In this document: one piece after another, positions 1 through 11,850 of the stretch | Layout of the letters: every line of letters starts with the position of its first letter | How positions within the stretch are numbered: the first letter of the stretch is position 1 | Assembly (NCBI RefSeq): GCF_018350175.1 | Contig: NC_058368.1 | Span: 42,782,001-42,846,000, forward strand | DNA: 64,000 nucleotides | Direction: 5' to 3' | Source: Felis catus | Lineage: Eukaryota | The notes under the pieces: model-generated | Database searches by the model: none | What the model saw: only the letters and a program-made list of their open reading frames with translations | Told to the model about the DNA's origin: nothing | Program-made: the position numbers and the translations under genes

Positions 1-1599
1 AAGAAACTCCAATTTTCTTGAACCCCTGTTATTCTACGTCTCTGTTAGTGCAGTGTAACCAATTCCCTGACCAATGTAAGTGAGTTGAATTCACTGTAGT
101 TCTTGCATCAGTTATCACCAGTTTCCCTTCTACCTGTCCCTCACCTTTTCTCTAGGTGTTCACTAAAACATCTGAAGGACGAAAGAGAGCAGAGCAGGTA
201 GTATTACATGTTTACTATAAGTTTATTCAAGATCTTTATATCCAGCATTCGTTACCCTGCTGATAAACTACACTGTGCATCTATTACATGCACACACATA
301 TATACACGTGTACATACACTGTTTTATTACTATACGTCTTCAGAGATAGGGAAACAGTTCTGCACACACATAAAAAACATGTGTCTCTGATGTGAGATGT
401 ATAGGTGACAACGTTTTCAGGACTATAATAGCCTAGTGAAACTTCTTGTTGGAAAATATGACCTAACTTGATTTATTCCAATTGACTGAGACAGTAACCA
501 AAGAGTATCTTAGTTCGCAGAATTCTTTGAATGAAATGATTTAGTAGGTTCTCTTAGAATTTGAAGGATTTGGGCTTCTCATGCCTCTAAGTGATATTAG
601 AAGTACCAATTAAGTTGGTGCTCCAGCTCTCAGGTTTTTCTCACTATTCCCTGAAAAACGATGGGACTGGGAAAACAATGTCATTATAGTTTGTTTTAAA
701 GGTTTCATTTTTTTTTACCTTAGACAAACTATGTACATAGAGTCAAACCGTACTGTTTGAAATAACTTGACACTGCATGTATTAAGCTAAATGGAAGGCA
801 ATGTGAGTACACTGAAACTGATTTAGTATGCAATATTTATCTGTGGGAGACAGAAACACAATTCAATTCAGGCTGATTCATCCTCCAATTTCTGTGCACA
901 GAATCCCACAGGAGGTCATCTACCATCATTTTATACCTATTTGGTATGCTCGAATACATCAGGCAGTAATAGAGTAAACCCCGCAAGCATGGGTGGCAGG
1001 GTAACGGGCTCTTCCCCATGCAGCCATCGTGCGGAGCTTAAGTTTTGTTTTTTCCCCTCATCCACTTTGTGAGCATGAAATTACTGTAATTGTTTTTGAA
1101 AAACTTTTATGTTTTCACTGTATCCATCAACCTAGGAGGTCTTTCCATGCTGTGTACTGTTTCTGTCTCATGATGAATATTATTTTAGAATTTGAAGCTG
1201 ATGTTACTTTTATTTATTTATCTAGTTTGGTTAACCCTCTTTTCACAACCCATTGATAAGTCATGCCTTTCTTCTAACTCTCTTTTCTTCTAGATTACAT
1301 TGTTTGCTCTCCAGATGTAAACACTATTGTTTTCTTCATATATTTTTCCAAATGCAACTTTTTACACCCAGATTTACTAGGAATTTGTATACTGGTAGGA
1401 GTAGTGTCTGAGAAGAGAATTTTGAGCATTGAGTATATTTAACTAAGTGTATTTCTTTACCTGTTACTCCCTCTTCACTGAGTTCCTATGAATTTTATTA
1501 GTATAGTGCCATTATTTTTAGTAGTATCTGCTGTGGTTAAAAAAAAATAACCATCAAAGTTTGACAATGCTCTTAGAATATCCATTTTTTAAAAATATA

Positions 1600-2840
1600 C
1601 ACACATGTATAGAACATGAAGACTGGCAAAAAAAAAATCAAAGAATTTATTTTTCTAAATGTATACACTAGAACTTCTGTATCCAAATGATAATTCTTCA
1701 AAGTAGTAATTTTGGAAGGTTTTCACTTCAGTAACATTATCAATGTTTAAAACTTTTATGGAATAATTCTTATTAATATTCTAAGTTATTGTGAAAGTTT
1801 TACAAAATGACCACTTTTATCAACAGACGCATGGAAAAATTTTTTATCACCATTTACCATCAGGGAAATACAAATCAAACTACAATAAGATAATACCACA
1901 TACCTGTCAGAATGGCTAAAATCAACAACACAAGAAACAACAGATGTTGGCAAGGATGTGGAGAAAATGAACACTTGTGCACTGTTGGTGGGAATGCAAA
2001 CTGGTGCAGCCACTCTGGAAAACTGTGTGGAAAGAAATTTAAAATAGAATTACTCTATGAACCAGCAATCACACAACTGGGTATTTACCCAAAGAATACA
2101 AAAACAGTAATTCGAAGGCATATGTGCACTCTTATGTTTATAGCAGCATTATTTACAATAGGCAAATTATGGAAGTGGCCCAAGTGTCCATTGATAGATG
2201 AATGGATAAAGAAGAAGTAATATATATATCATATATGTATATGTATATGATATATATATGTGATATACATGTATATGTACATATATATAATGGAATAGTA
2301 TTCAGCCATTAAAAAGAATAAAATCTTGCCATTTGCAATGACATGGATAGAGCTAGAGAGTATAGTGCTAAGCGAAATTAGAGTAAGACAAATACCATAT
2401 GATTTCACTCACATGTAGAATTTAAGTTACAAAACAAATAAGCAAAGGGAAAAAAAAGAGAGAGAAAGACAAATCAAGAAACAGACTCTTAATTATAGAG
2501 AACAACTGATGGTTACCAGAGGGGAGGGGGTAGAGGGATGGGTTAAATAGGTGATGGGGGTCATGATGAGCACTGACTAATGTATGGAATTGTTGAATCA
2601 CTATATGTACACCTGAAACTAATATAACACTGTATGTTAACTAACTGGAATTAAAATAAATACTTTTTTTAATAAAAGACTACTTTTTATTACCAGATAG
2701 CCACACATTTTTTTGTAACCAAAAGGGGTTTTATTCCAGTTTCATTCCTTTCCATATTCATATTCAATTGAAGGGATTTTGACCTTTTTAAAATACCAAG
2801 TCCATACAATATAAATTTTTGCCAACAATAAGAATGTTCA
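1600..2840. mobile_element. Degenerate MARNA-like (Tc1/mariner) DNA transposon fossil, split by the L1 at 1821-2673
   Basis: 1701-1770 (ttcttcaaagtagtaattttggaagg...aaaacttttatggaa) and 2715-2840 (accaaaaggggttttattccagttt...tttgccaacaataagaatgttc) resemble MARNA consensus segments as I recall them; the two halves flank the L1. Boundaries approximate. Confidence 0.45.
1821..2673 (+). mobile_element. 5'-truncated L1 (carnivore L1_Carn-like): ORF2 C-terminus, 3'UTR and tail
   Basis: ORF 1912-2220 gives L1 ORF2 C-terminal peptide (CWQGCGENEHLCTVGGNANW...MFIAALFTIGKLWKWPKCP). The 3'UTR ends ...gtatgttaactaactggaattaaaataaa. Degenerate TSD: aaaatgaccacttttat (1804-1820) / aaaagactactttttat (2674-2690). 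Confidence 0.93.
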
Positions 2841-4529
2841 TCCCCAGTTTCAGCTAACGGTCTTCCTACTATTTTTTTTCTTCATGCTCTGTTTTCTTCC
2901 TTCTTAGAACTTTAGACTTGAAATGTGGATATCTTTGCATTTTTCTCTCCACTCTTCTTAGATCAATTTTTGAAATCCTCAGATTCTGCGGGATCTAACC
3001 CCTTTCCTTATCTTCACGGCAAGAGCCACCACTAATTACATTCAGGATTTTATTACCTCTTGCTTTGTAACTGGTTTCTTTCCCCAAACTCTAGTCTCAG
3101 CCTCCTTCCAATTCTTAGTTATTTCACATTGTACCTTGAAGGTTGGGCACTATGCTCTTTGTATGGTGTACATCTACAGGTTGGCCTTGACTCTTCATTT
3201 GTTGGGTAACTTTAAGTCTGGCAGATAACGAGTTCTTCCTGGCCAGCATCATGACAAGGTGACTCTTAAACAATTATAGATTCAGGTGACAGTGCAAGTG
3301 GATGTAACTAGTAAATTCCTGCTTATGGATGTATTTACTCAGGAAAGATTATAGATTTTCTTCACTTTTTATAAACATATGTTGGAACTAAATGCAACAA
3401 TGTGACCTTGTTCCAGGCTAGGATCTGAAAGGTCAGTTAAAACAACTGTCAGCCAAGAAGATTGAAGTTGTTTATTTTCTCTGGGACAAGATCAAACACT
3501 TGTTGCACCTAGGCAAAAAAAAAAATCCTTTAATTGATAAGTGGAGGATACATCCCAGAACAAACAGAATAGAACAAACAGAATAGAATAGACATGGCCT
3601 TCTAACTCTCTTTATAGGCTTTAGAAAAATATATGTTCTAAACAATAATCTAACATAGATTCCTGTAAAAATATCATAATAATGAGATCTTCGGTGCTGA
3701 AAATCCCTTTACTGCAACTCAATTTATCACTAATCTTGACAATAATTACACAAATTACTCACAAATACTATTACCATCTATCTCAGTATTTTCTGGTTAT
3801 GGATCTTTTTTTTTTTTTTTCTGGGAGTGGGGACATTTGATTCTAATGCTATTATTATCAATAACTTTCACCTGGTAAAAGAAAACCCATGTTGTTTCAG
3901 CTTTCTTTTTTCCTTCCCAGGCACTTACTATCTGATAAAAATAAAACAAAACAAAACACAATTCAAAACTGTGAAAGACGGGAGTTCGAAGCTATGACCA
4001 TTCATAAAGTTCATGATTTTTGTTCTTCTTATGTTTTGAAGCCCGTCGTGGGGGTGTACATAATACCTGCTGACCGGGATCCCATACTTAGTGCCTCTCA
4101 GTTGTGAAGCATTTACTTGTCCTCTTGGAATTCTTATTTCTGATCTTCTTCAAGCCTCTTCTGTCATTCTCCATGCTCAATGAAATTAAACATAGGGAGC
4201 TGGGGCACAATTTCCACAGAAAATATTTTGAGTACAGAGAGGTTCTTAGCTGATATCTTCACAGAAGACTAAAACGTTCTCTTCAGTCACTGAGACTCTG
4301 TCTCAAGGAGGGAGAATGAAAAACATTTGAATAGGTGGAATTAAAGAACATTCTGAAATACTTCTTTTTTTTACCTAGTCTTTTTGTTCATAATTATTAT
4401 TATAATAATTATCATTGTTTTTCATTTCTCAACTTTCCTTTGACTTGGAAAGACAAAAAAGAGCTTCACACAGAAAATTGTTCAGTGCTATTCCTTCACT
4501 TATTTGGCAGAATGTATCTTTAGTGTTGG

Positions 4530-4670
4530 CTGGCATTTACTGGGTGCTTACTATGTACGAAGACCTGTCCTAAGCAACTGAGATGGAGCAACTCATTTAA
4601 TCCTTAAGGCAAGTCAGTGAGGAGAGCATACTAACCCTATTTAACAGGTGATAAAGCTCACACAGTGAAA
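4530..4670 (-). mobile_element. MIR SINE fragment
   Basis: catttactgggtgcttactatgt...ctcatttaatcct...ctatttaacaggtgataaagct matches the antisense MIR core. Confidence 0.65.
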
Positions 4671-5454
4671 GATTTAGAAGAAACTTGTCATGCTCTTACT
4701 GCCTAGCATTTAGTAAGTGTTCAGAAAATATAGTTTTACCAATGCATAAATAAATGGGTAAGTAAAAACTCTTCTCCAGAGTTAATTTAAGGAACTACCT
4801 CTAAATAATACAGGTTTTTGATATGAGTTTCTTATAACATTTCATTAGAAACTGGGAAAATTTTATACCAGAATGTTAGAATTTTAGAATGTTCTTCTCT
4901 GGCTAGGTTTGGTTTTTCTTCCTCTTGAGTTTTCCAAACACTACCACTGATTTTCTGTTACTTTTCTGTTATTTTGCTCAAGGTGATTCTGTATTGGAAT
5001 GGTTATGCCCTACTGTTTAGGACTATTTTCATACTCTGCTTCTGTTTTTATCCAAAGATCACCTTAACTATGGGATTTTTATCAAAAATAAAAATTTTTG
5101 CCAAGTGGCTTTGATGTCATTCACCAAAGGATCCCATTAGTTATTATAAGACATCACCTCACTCACTATTTGTGTAATCCTATGCCTTCAGCTTCTCTCT
5201 GCTTGAATGATCTGAATTCCCTGGTTGTCAGCCTCACTACTCTGTCCTAGCCTTGTTTCATGCTGCCTGAGTGGTTATTATACCAAACGTATTATAAACA
5301 AGGGCATTTTGGAGAGAATGTACTACAAATTTGAGGCCAAAAATGCACACAGTAGCTCTTCATGAGTAATACCATTAGAAAGCAGAACAAAATCCAATAG
5401 TTTATAGTCCGATGTTGAAAGATTAATGGGATTATAAAATTCATTTATTAAACC

Positions 5455-5565
5455 ACTCAGTTATTCAAATAGCAGCCATTGAAAATGCTCTGTGCTAGGC
5501 AAAGTCTAGCCATAGTGAATGCAAAAAGTAAAAATAAACATGTATTTTTCTCAAGAGCTCACAAG
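5455..5565 (-). mobile_element. L2 3'-end fragment
   Basis: tcagttattcaaatagc...tgtgctaggca...ttctcaagagctcaca is typical of an antisense L2 terminus. Confidence 0.5.
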
Positions 5566-5745
5566 ATTTACCAAGTATTATATTATAAGCAAATTTGTAC
5601 TGAAAAAAAATGACATTGCTGCCTGCTTACTGAATAAATTTAGGCAATAGTCTTTGATCTCCTACTATATGTGAGTTAGTAGGAGATATAAAGATAACAG
5701 AATATGTATAACAATTGGAACTTAAACAAAAACTATTGTGGTTAG

Positions 5746-5928
5746 GGGGCGCCTGGGTGAATCAGTTAAACATCTTATTCAATTGTGGCTCAGGTCATGA
5801 TCTCACCGTTCCTGAGTTCAAGCAGCTCAGGATCCATGCAGACTGCAGGGAGCCTACTTGGGATTCTCTCTCTCCCTCTCTCTCTTCCCCTCCCCCCTCT
5901 ATCTCTCTCAAAATAAATAAATAAACTT
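5746..5928 (+). mobile_element. Can-SINE (SINEC)
   Basis: ggggcgcctgggtg head, (CT)n tract, aaataaataaa tail. Degenerate TSD aaaactattgtggtta / aaaatattgtgattta. Confidence 0.93.
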
Positions 5929-5971
5929 AAAAATATTGTGATTTAACATTATGAATTAGAGATTAAAACAA

Positions 5972-6178
5972 TTTTTTAATGTTTATTCATTTTTGAGAGA
6001 GGGAGAGAGACACAGCATGAGTGGGCGAGGGGCAGAGAGAGGGAGACAGAATCTGAAGCAGGCTCCAGGCTCTGAGATGACAGCACAGAACCCGACATGG
6101 GGCTCGAACTCACAGACAGTGAGATCATGACCTGAGCTGAAGTCAGATGCTTAACCTACTGAGCCACCCAGGTGCCCC
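5972..6178 (-). mobile_element. Can-SINE (SINEC_Fc-like)
   Basis: Antisense copy: ttttaatgtttatt tail, (AG)n tract, ends gagccacccaggtgcccc. Confidence 0.95.
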
Positions 6179-6179
6179 A

Positions 6180-6480
6180 AGATGAATTTAAAGTTTGCCT
6201 ATGCATTTGCTATGTAGTTTTATCTGCTCAATTTTTTCACCCAATATCTAATTTGTCAGACTATTTTCCTGACTGTTGAATTAAAACTGTAGTACTTCCT
6301 TTAGTGAACGTCTCTTGATGGTAAATTTTCATAGCTTTGGGTTGACATTCACTCTTAAGAGTTTTGCCATTTCTTTTAATTCTAGCCTGATAGTTTTACT
6401 CTTTTGTACTTTGGAAATGTTATTTCATTATTGTTGGGAAGTCTGGTGCTACGTTCCTTTTCATTCTTTTATAAGTCATT
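6180..6480 (-). mobile_element. Ancient L1 ORF1 fragment, inverted relative to the adjacent ORF2 segment
   Basis: cctttagtgaacgtctcttgatggtaaattttc...attctagcctgatagttttactcttttgtactttggaaatgttatttcatt resembles the antisense 3' half of L1M ORF1. Confidence 0.55.
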
Positions 6481-7415
6481 AGGACTGTAATATTTGACAA
6501 AATTTTATTTAAGGCAGAACATTAAGTGAGAGATAGTTCAAGTAACTAATAAGATAAAATATTTTATCATTCTATGCAACCAATAATACAGCTTTGAAAT
6601 AAATGAAAGTAAAATTGAGAGAAATATAAGAAGAAATAATAAATCATAGTTAGAAATTTTAATATACCACTATGGTTCCACTATCAGTAATTGATAAATT
6701 GATAAAACATGTAAAAATATTAGAAAGTATAGATGTAATTTAAATATTAAAATTCACAAAAATTTTCCTAATAAAAATATATCTATCTACTTACCCTTCT
6801 ACATTATCCCTGCACACAAATGTGAAATAAATATTTACTTAAGCATACCTTGAATGTTTATGAAATTTGATCATATACTTGTCCATGCAAATGTCTTGAC
6901 ACATTTCAAAGAACTAAAATTTTGTGACCAAATGTAGTTAAGTTAGAAAATAATATCTAAAAGAAAAAATGCTAGAAATTAAACCCCACCTCTAAATAGC
7001 CCAGGAATTAAACAAAGAAGTGAAAATTGAAAATAAAACTTATTTTGAACTTAATGATAATGAAATGTTATACATAAAACTTGTGATTGAGACCTAATTA
7101 CTGAAATAAAGAATAAAAATGAAAAATTGATGTTAGCATCCATTTCAAGCTATTAGAAAAAATACCAATTGAAACAAAATTTAAAGTTGAGGACATAATA
7201 ATATAAATACAGAAATTCATTAAAAAGTAAGCAAGCATTCAAAAGAAAAGATTAACCAAGGCACAGTTGGTTATACAAAAGTCTAATAAGATGATAAGCT
7301 TATACTTAAATTCATATAAAATAAAGAAGGCAAAAATACATTATATTATAGGTATTTTATGTAAATATTGAATGATACTATGAAAAACTTTATGCTTATA
7401 AATTTAAAGGTGTAA

Positions 7416-7620
7416 GGGCGCCTGGGTGGCTCAGTCAGTTAAGCATGTGACCGGCTCAAGTCATGATCTTGTGGTTTGTGAGTTCGAGCCCCTCGTCAGG
7501 CTCTGTGCTGACAGCTTGGAGCTGGAGCCTGCTTCAGATTCTGTGTCTTTCTCTCTGTCCTTTCCCTGTTCACACTGTCTCTCTCTCAAAATAAATAAAC
7601 ATTAAAAAAATTAAAAAAAA
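7416..7620 (+). mobile_element. Can-SINE (SINEC_Fc-like)
   Basis: Full head, body and tail. TSD taaatttaaaggtgta (7399-7414) / taaatttaaatgtgta (7621-7636). Confidence 0.96.
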
Positions 7621-8054
7621 TAAATTTAAATGTGTATATGAAGTTAATAAATTCCTAGAAAATAACATTAAAACTTAAGGAAAAAGAGAAATTATAACAA
7701 TTTTATAGTCACTTAAAAAGTAGTAGTCAAACATTTCTCAAAACAAAACCAAACAAGCAGACAAATTGCTAGGCTTGATATATTTACAGTGAATTTCTAC
7801 TGAAATGTGAAAGGCAAACATCAATGCTTTTAGAATATAATGATCTCAGGAAAAGGAAGGATTTTTAAACTGGACTATTCAGAAGGGCAAAGATTGACAA
7901 ATTCGTTCAATTTCTACTTAAGAATTTTTTTTTCCATCAAAAGACACCACAAAAAGAATGAAAAACAAATAACATGAGATATAATATTTTCAAAGGTTTA
8001 ATTCAACAAGGACTAGTGTCCAGAATATTTTTTTTAAGCTCCTAAGAGTCGTTA

Positions 8055-8330
8055 GTGGATTAAAACAGCAAACCTTAATTTCTCACACTGCATGTCTACC
8101 GCAGGTGGGCTTTAACCCTACTCTATGGTCTTACTTAGGAACCCTGGCTATTGGAGCACCCATCTGAAATACTGGTCTCAGGACAGAGGATAGATAGAAT
8201 TATGAAAATCACAAGTGGGCTTTAAAATACTGTGCAAAGAAATGACACACAGTTTACACCCACACTGTGTCCACCCTTCATTCAGTAGGACAGAGTATAA
8301 TCCTGATACTGGGAGGAACAGCCCTAGGAG
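8055..8330 (-). mobile_element. Old MaLR LTR fragment (MLT1J/K/L-like)
   Basis: ttaaaacagcaaacc...tttctcac...ggaaccctggct...ccatctgaaatactgg...gaaatgacacac resembles antisense old MLT1 LTRs. Confidence 0.5.
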
Positions 8331-8360
8331 GTGCAGCTAGGTAAGAATGGAGAAGATTTT

Positions 8361-8589
8361 GGGGCGCCTGGGTGGCGCAGTCGGTTAAGCGTCCGACTTC
8401 AGCCAGGTCACGATCTTGCGGTCCGTGAGTTCGAGCCCCGCATCAGGCTCTGGGCTGATGGCTCGGAGCCTGGAGCCTGTTTCCGATTCTGTGTCTCCCT
8501 CTCTCTCTGCCCCTCCCCCGTTCATGCTCTGTCTCTCTCTGTCCCAAAAATAAAAAAAATAAAAAAAATTTTAAAAAAATAAAAAAAAA
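8361..8589 (+). mobile_element. Young felid Can-SINE (SINEC_Fc)
   Basis: CpG-rich intact head ggggcgcctgggtggcgcagtcggttaagcgtccgac, long A tail, perfect 17-bp TSD aagaatggagaagattt (8343-8359 / 8590-8606). Confidence 0.98.
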
Positions 8590-11500
8590 AAGAATGGAGA
8601 AGATTTAAATGTTCATATAGTCTCCCAAAGGGCAGGTCACAGATGAGAAATATATTAAATGACACTCATTCCCATGATCAATCATGAAGATGTTAATTAA
8701 AACCACAATGAGATACATTGATTTGCCAGGTTGGCATTTTTTTTTTTTAATCTGAGGGTAACCTTGGAACAACTAATAGGTGCTCAACTACTGCAGTGGG
8801 AGTATATATTTGTAGAAACACTTTGGAAAGAGAGTTGTCATTACCTAGTAAAGTTAAAGTCTAGTAAAATTAAAGTTTTTGCACACTTATGACCTAGTCT
8901 TCTACTCTTTGAAACATACCTGGAAGGACACGTTCACAGGTATGAGAGAAGATATATACAAGAATCATAGCAGTTTTGTTTTTAATACCATCACATTGGA
9001 AACACCTTAAATTTGCATTCCAAGATAGACAAATTATTAATATTTTTATCCATGTTATCTATTAATGTGACCCAAATAATTATATCAGAGTTGCATTTGT
9101 ATAATGAGGTCATACATAGTAATAAAATTTGTAAATTACAGTTCATGTAAAAATCCAAATATTTTTCACAAACTTATTATTTAAGGAAAAGTTATTAATT
9201 GATAAAAGAATACGTAATGCGATTATATTCATATAAAATCTAAAACAGGCAATTATAAACTAGGAAAGATGCATAACATAGTTAATGAAATCATACATTC
9301 AAACAAGGAAGTAATTGTTTTTTAAAAGTCACAATAGGGATGAAAAAATAAAAATATTTTGTAAGTTTTTTAACTAAAACTATATCCACTTCTTTAACTT
9401 GAGTTATTAATTTCGGGAACTTAGTAGGAATAGAAATTTTCTGTATGGAAGTCTATAAAGAAGAGTAAAGATTTTCTACTTACATATAAGATTGGGTTAA
9501 TATTAACTGCATAATAAATGGCCTTAAAAATGATTATTTTCAGAATGTCAAGTGATACAGGAATTTTTATTCATATACCAAATATGAACTTTCTATAGTA
9601 TTTGAAAAATGTATCTTTTTACTTAGGAATAAAATTTAGTCTACCCCTTAAAGAAAACCTTTCCTCACAGAAGTAATAGTATCTTCTAAAGCAATTTCTG
9701 TTTTGGCTTTTGCCAACCTGACAAGATATCAGGCATACAAATTGCAGGCTGCTTAGTTTAGCCAAATCAACTTGAAAAGTTCTGCCCATAAAAATCTCTC
9801 ACTTCTCTAGCTTTCACACAGATTTAAATGAGGAGAGTCTGGTACTTAATGTTCTTCTGGTTGGGTTGCTTAGCGACCACTACACCCTGCAGCTCACACT
9901 GTGGGTTAGGTGTAAAGTTAACTATTGCAACACTTACAGGAATACAAGCAAATATACAAATACATGTCATAAAATAACAAAACTGCAAAAATCACTTCTT
10001 TGGTAAGACTAAGCTCCTTTAAGATATCAGCTCTATTTTCTTTCTTATAAATTTTATTTCTAATGTAGCCAACTATGCCTAATTCTAGAAGTGATCGCTT
10101 GTTTACTTTTTTTTTTAATTCATCTTCACTGATTTAAAGGAGTTCAGCTTAAGAAAGGTGACACATATAAGATGATTTTTGAACAAATTGATGCACATGT
10201 TAAGTAAATGCATATTTTAGAGTTTTTTTTGAAGAGAGATGGCTTGAAAATGAATAAAGGATATACATTTAGTTTATGGTAATGTTACCAACTTAAAACA
10301 TTTTCAAAGAAAATATAAAATATTTTATAAGTTGTCATCTCCTAAAATATATTTTCTTTTATAGTGTGAATGCTTCGTTTTGTCAGAGCACGAGTTCCAT
10401 CTGTATTACTAACAAGAGTTGTGATCATTAAAACCATAATAGACATCATTTCCTGTCAGATGCTCTACTTCAAATTCCTTTGATTGGTGTTTTATTCTAG
10501 ATCATTTATGCTATAATTTTCAACTTGTGCCTGTCACAAAACTTTACCACTAAAGGTTTTTTCAAAAACAAATGAAACCTATTTTTCTCTGTTTTCAACA
10601 TACATGTAAATAATGATCCGGGTATGGTGCAAAAACACTTAAGCTTGGTGTAGCATATTTTTAACATATAAAGATTCTTTCTTATGAAACTTTCTTCTTT
10701 AGATGCTTATTTGTAAAATGTATTATTTCAAGAGACATATAGCCTCTATTTTTTTTATTCCTAGTATAAATAAAACTAAATCAAATTTTGAGACCAGTTG
10801 TGGATTTAAGTTGTAAGTCTTACCCTGTCATTTTCATTAGCCTTAAGTCATAAAATAATTTTGATTGAGATAGTAATGTAGTTAATAATTATTGAGATGT
10901 GTTATTGAAATGCATTAACGATAGTAGTATTACTCGTGAAATTCTGTCACTCAGTTTTAATATTTTCCTGTGAATTGAAACACATTAATTTTTTCTACAG
11001 AAAAATATTATGGTACAGATAAATGATTTTCAAAAATGTGGCTTCTTTGGTTTCTCACAAATTTTCTCGATTGAACATTATTACCTTTTTCGCAGGAAGA
11101 AATGATTTTACATAGTTTCCCAAGCTGAGTATAATGGGAACATCATCACTAAAGAATATTTAAAGCCTTAATTACTGTTGATTAGTTCTTTTGCTACCTT
11201 ATAATGAAACTGAAAGTAAACATTTTCATTTTCATTTGTGAAGTGTCAAAAATTTTAGAGTTAGCAGATCGGACCTAAATAAAGAATGAGGCTGAATAAA
11301 CTTGATGGGCTGATCCTAGTGTGGGAAACAAACTGAGAGTACTGATCTTGGGTACAAAAATAGTAATATTTTGAACATTCATGACAGTACTTCTGTGCAT
11401 GAAACCCTGGAATTTCTTGTGCACTCGTGGTTTGAAGAATAAATTCCTGAAGTTGTAAATAAATAAGATAATTTTTCCTATTATTTTATACTTCTCATAG

Positions 11501-11814
11501 ATCGATCAATTCAATACAGAAGACCCAAAATGGATCACAGAATTTCCTAAATAGAAATTCTGAGCCTAGAAGTTGTCTTTAAATCCTCTTATTGTTGTTG
11601 ACCTCATGGTCCCTTGTTCTGCTGAGTGTGCCCAAGGCAGTTCTTGCTGTCAGTGCCAGAAAAAAAGCATTGATTCTCTCCTAACTATTCAGTACAGCAC
11701 AGACAGGCAGATTAAGGATCTTGCTATGGCAAGATCAGGAGTAGAGAACAAAATTTTCAGAGGCATGAGGAGGCATATACGATTTAGAAACGAAGTTATT
11801 GCCTGCATTAAAGA

Positions 11815-11850
11815 ACACACACACACACACACACACACAGATAGAGAGAG
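11815..11850. repeat. (CA)n microsatellite followed by short (AG)n
   Basis: Direct reading of the sequence. Confidence 0.9.

Larger units (their letters stand above)
6481..9330 (+). mobile_element. Ancient L1 (L1M/L1ME-like) ORF2 and 3' region, fragmented and interrupted by two SINEs and a MaLR LTR
   Basis: Endonuclease-region motifs (tatgcaaccaataatacagctttgaaat...tagttagaaattttaatatacc), mid-ORF2 motifs (tattttgaacttaatgataatgaaa; catcaaaagacacc) and late motif (ttaaaaccacaatgagatac). Confidence 0.75.

Noticed and set aside
5657..5687. Perfect 11-bp stem, 9-nt loop hairpin (atctcctacta / tagtaggagat)
   Set aside because: Too short for a pre-miRNA and has no supporting context; a chance or local template-switch product.
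8361..8440. tRNA-like A-box and B-box sequence as a tRNA gene
   Set aside because: It is the tRNA-derived head of a Can-SINE with CT tract, A tail and TSD.
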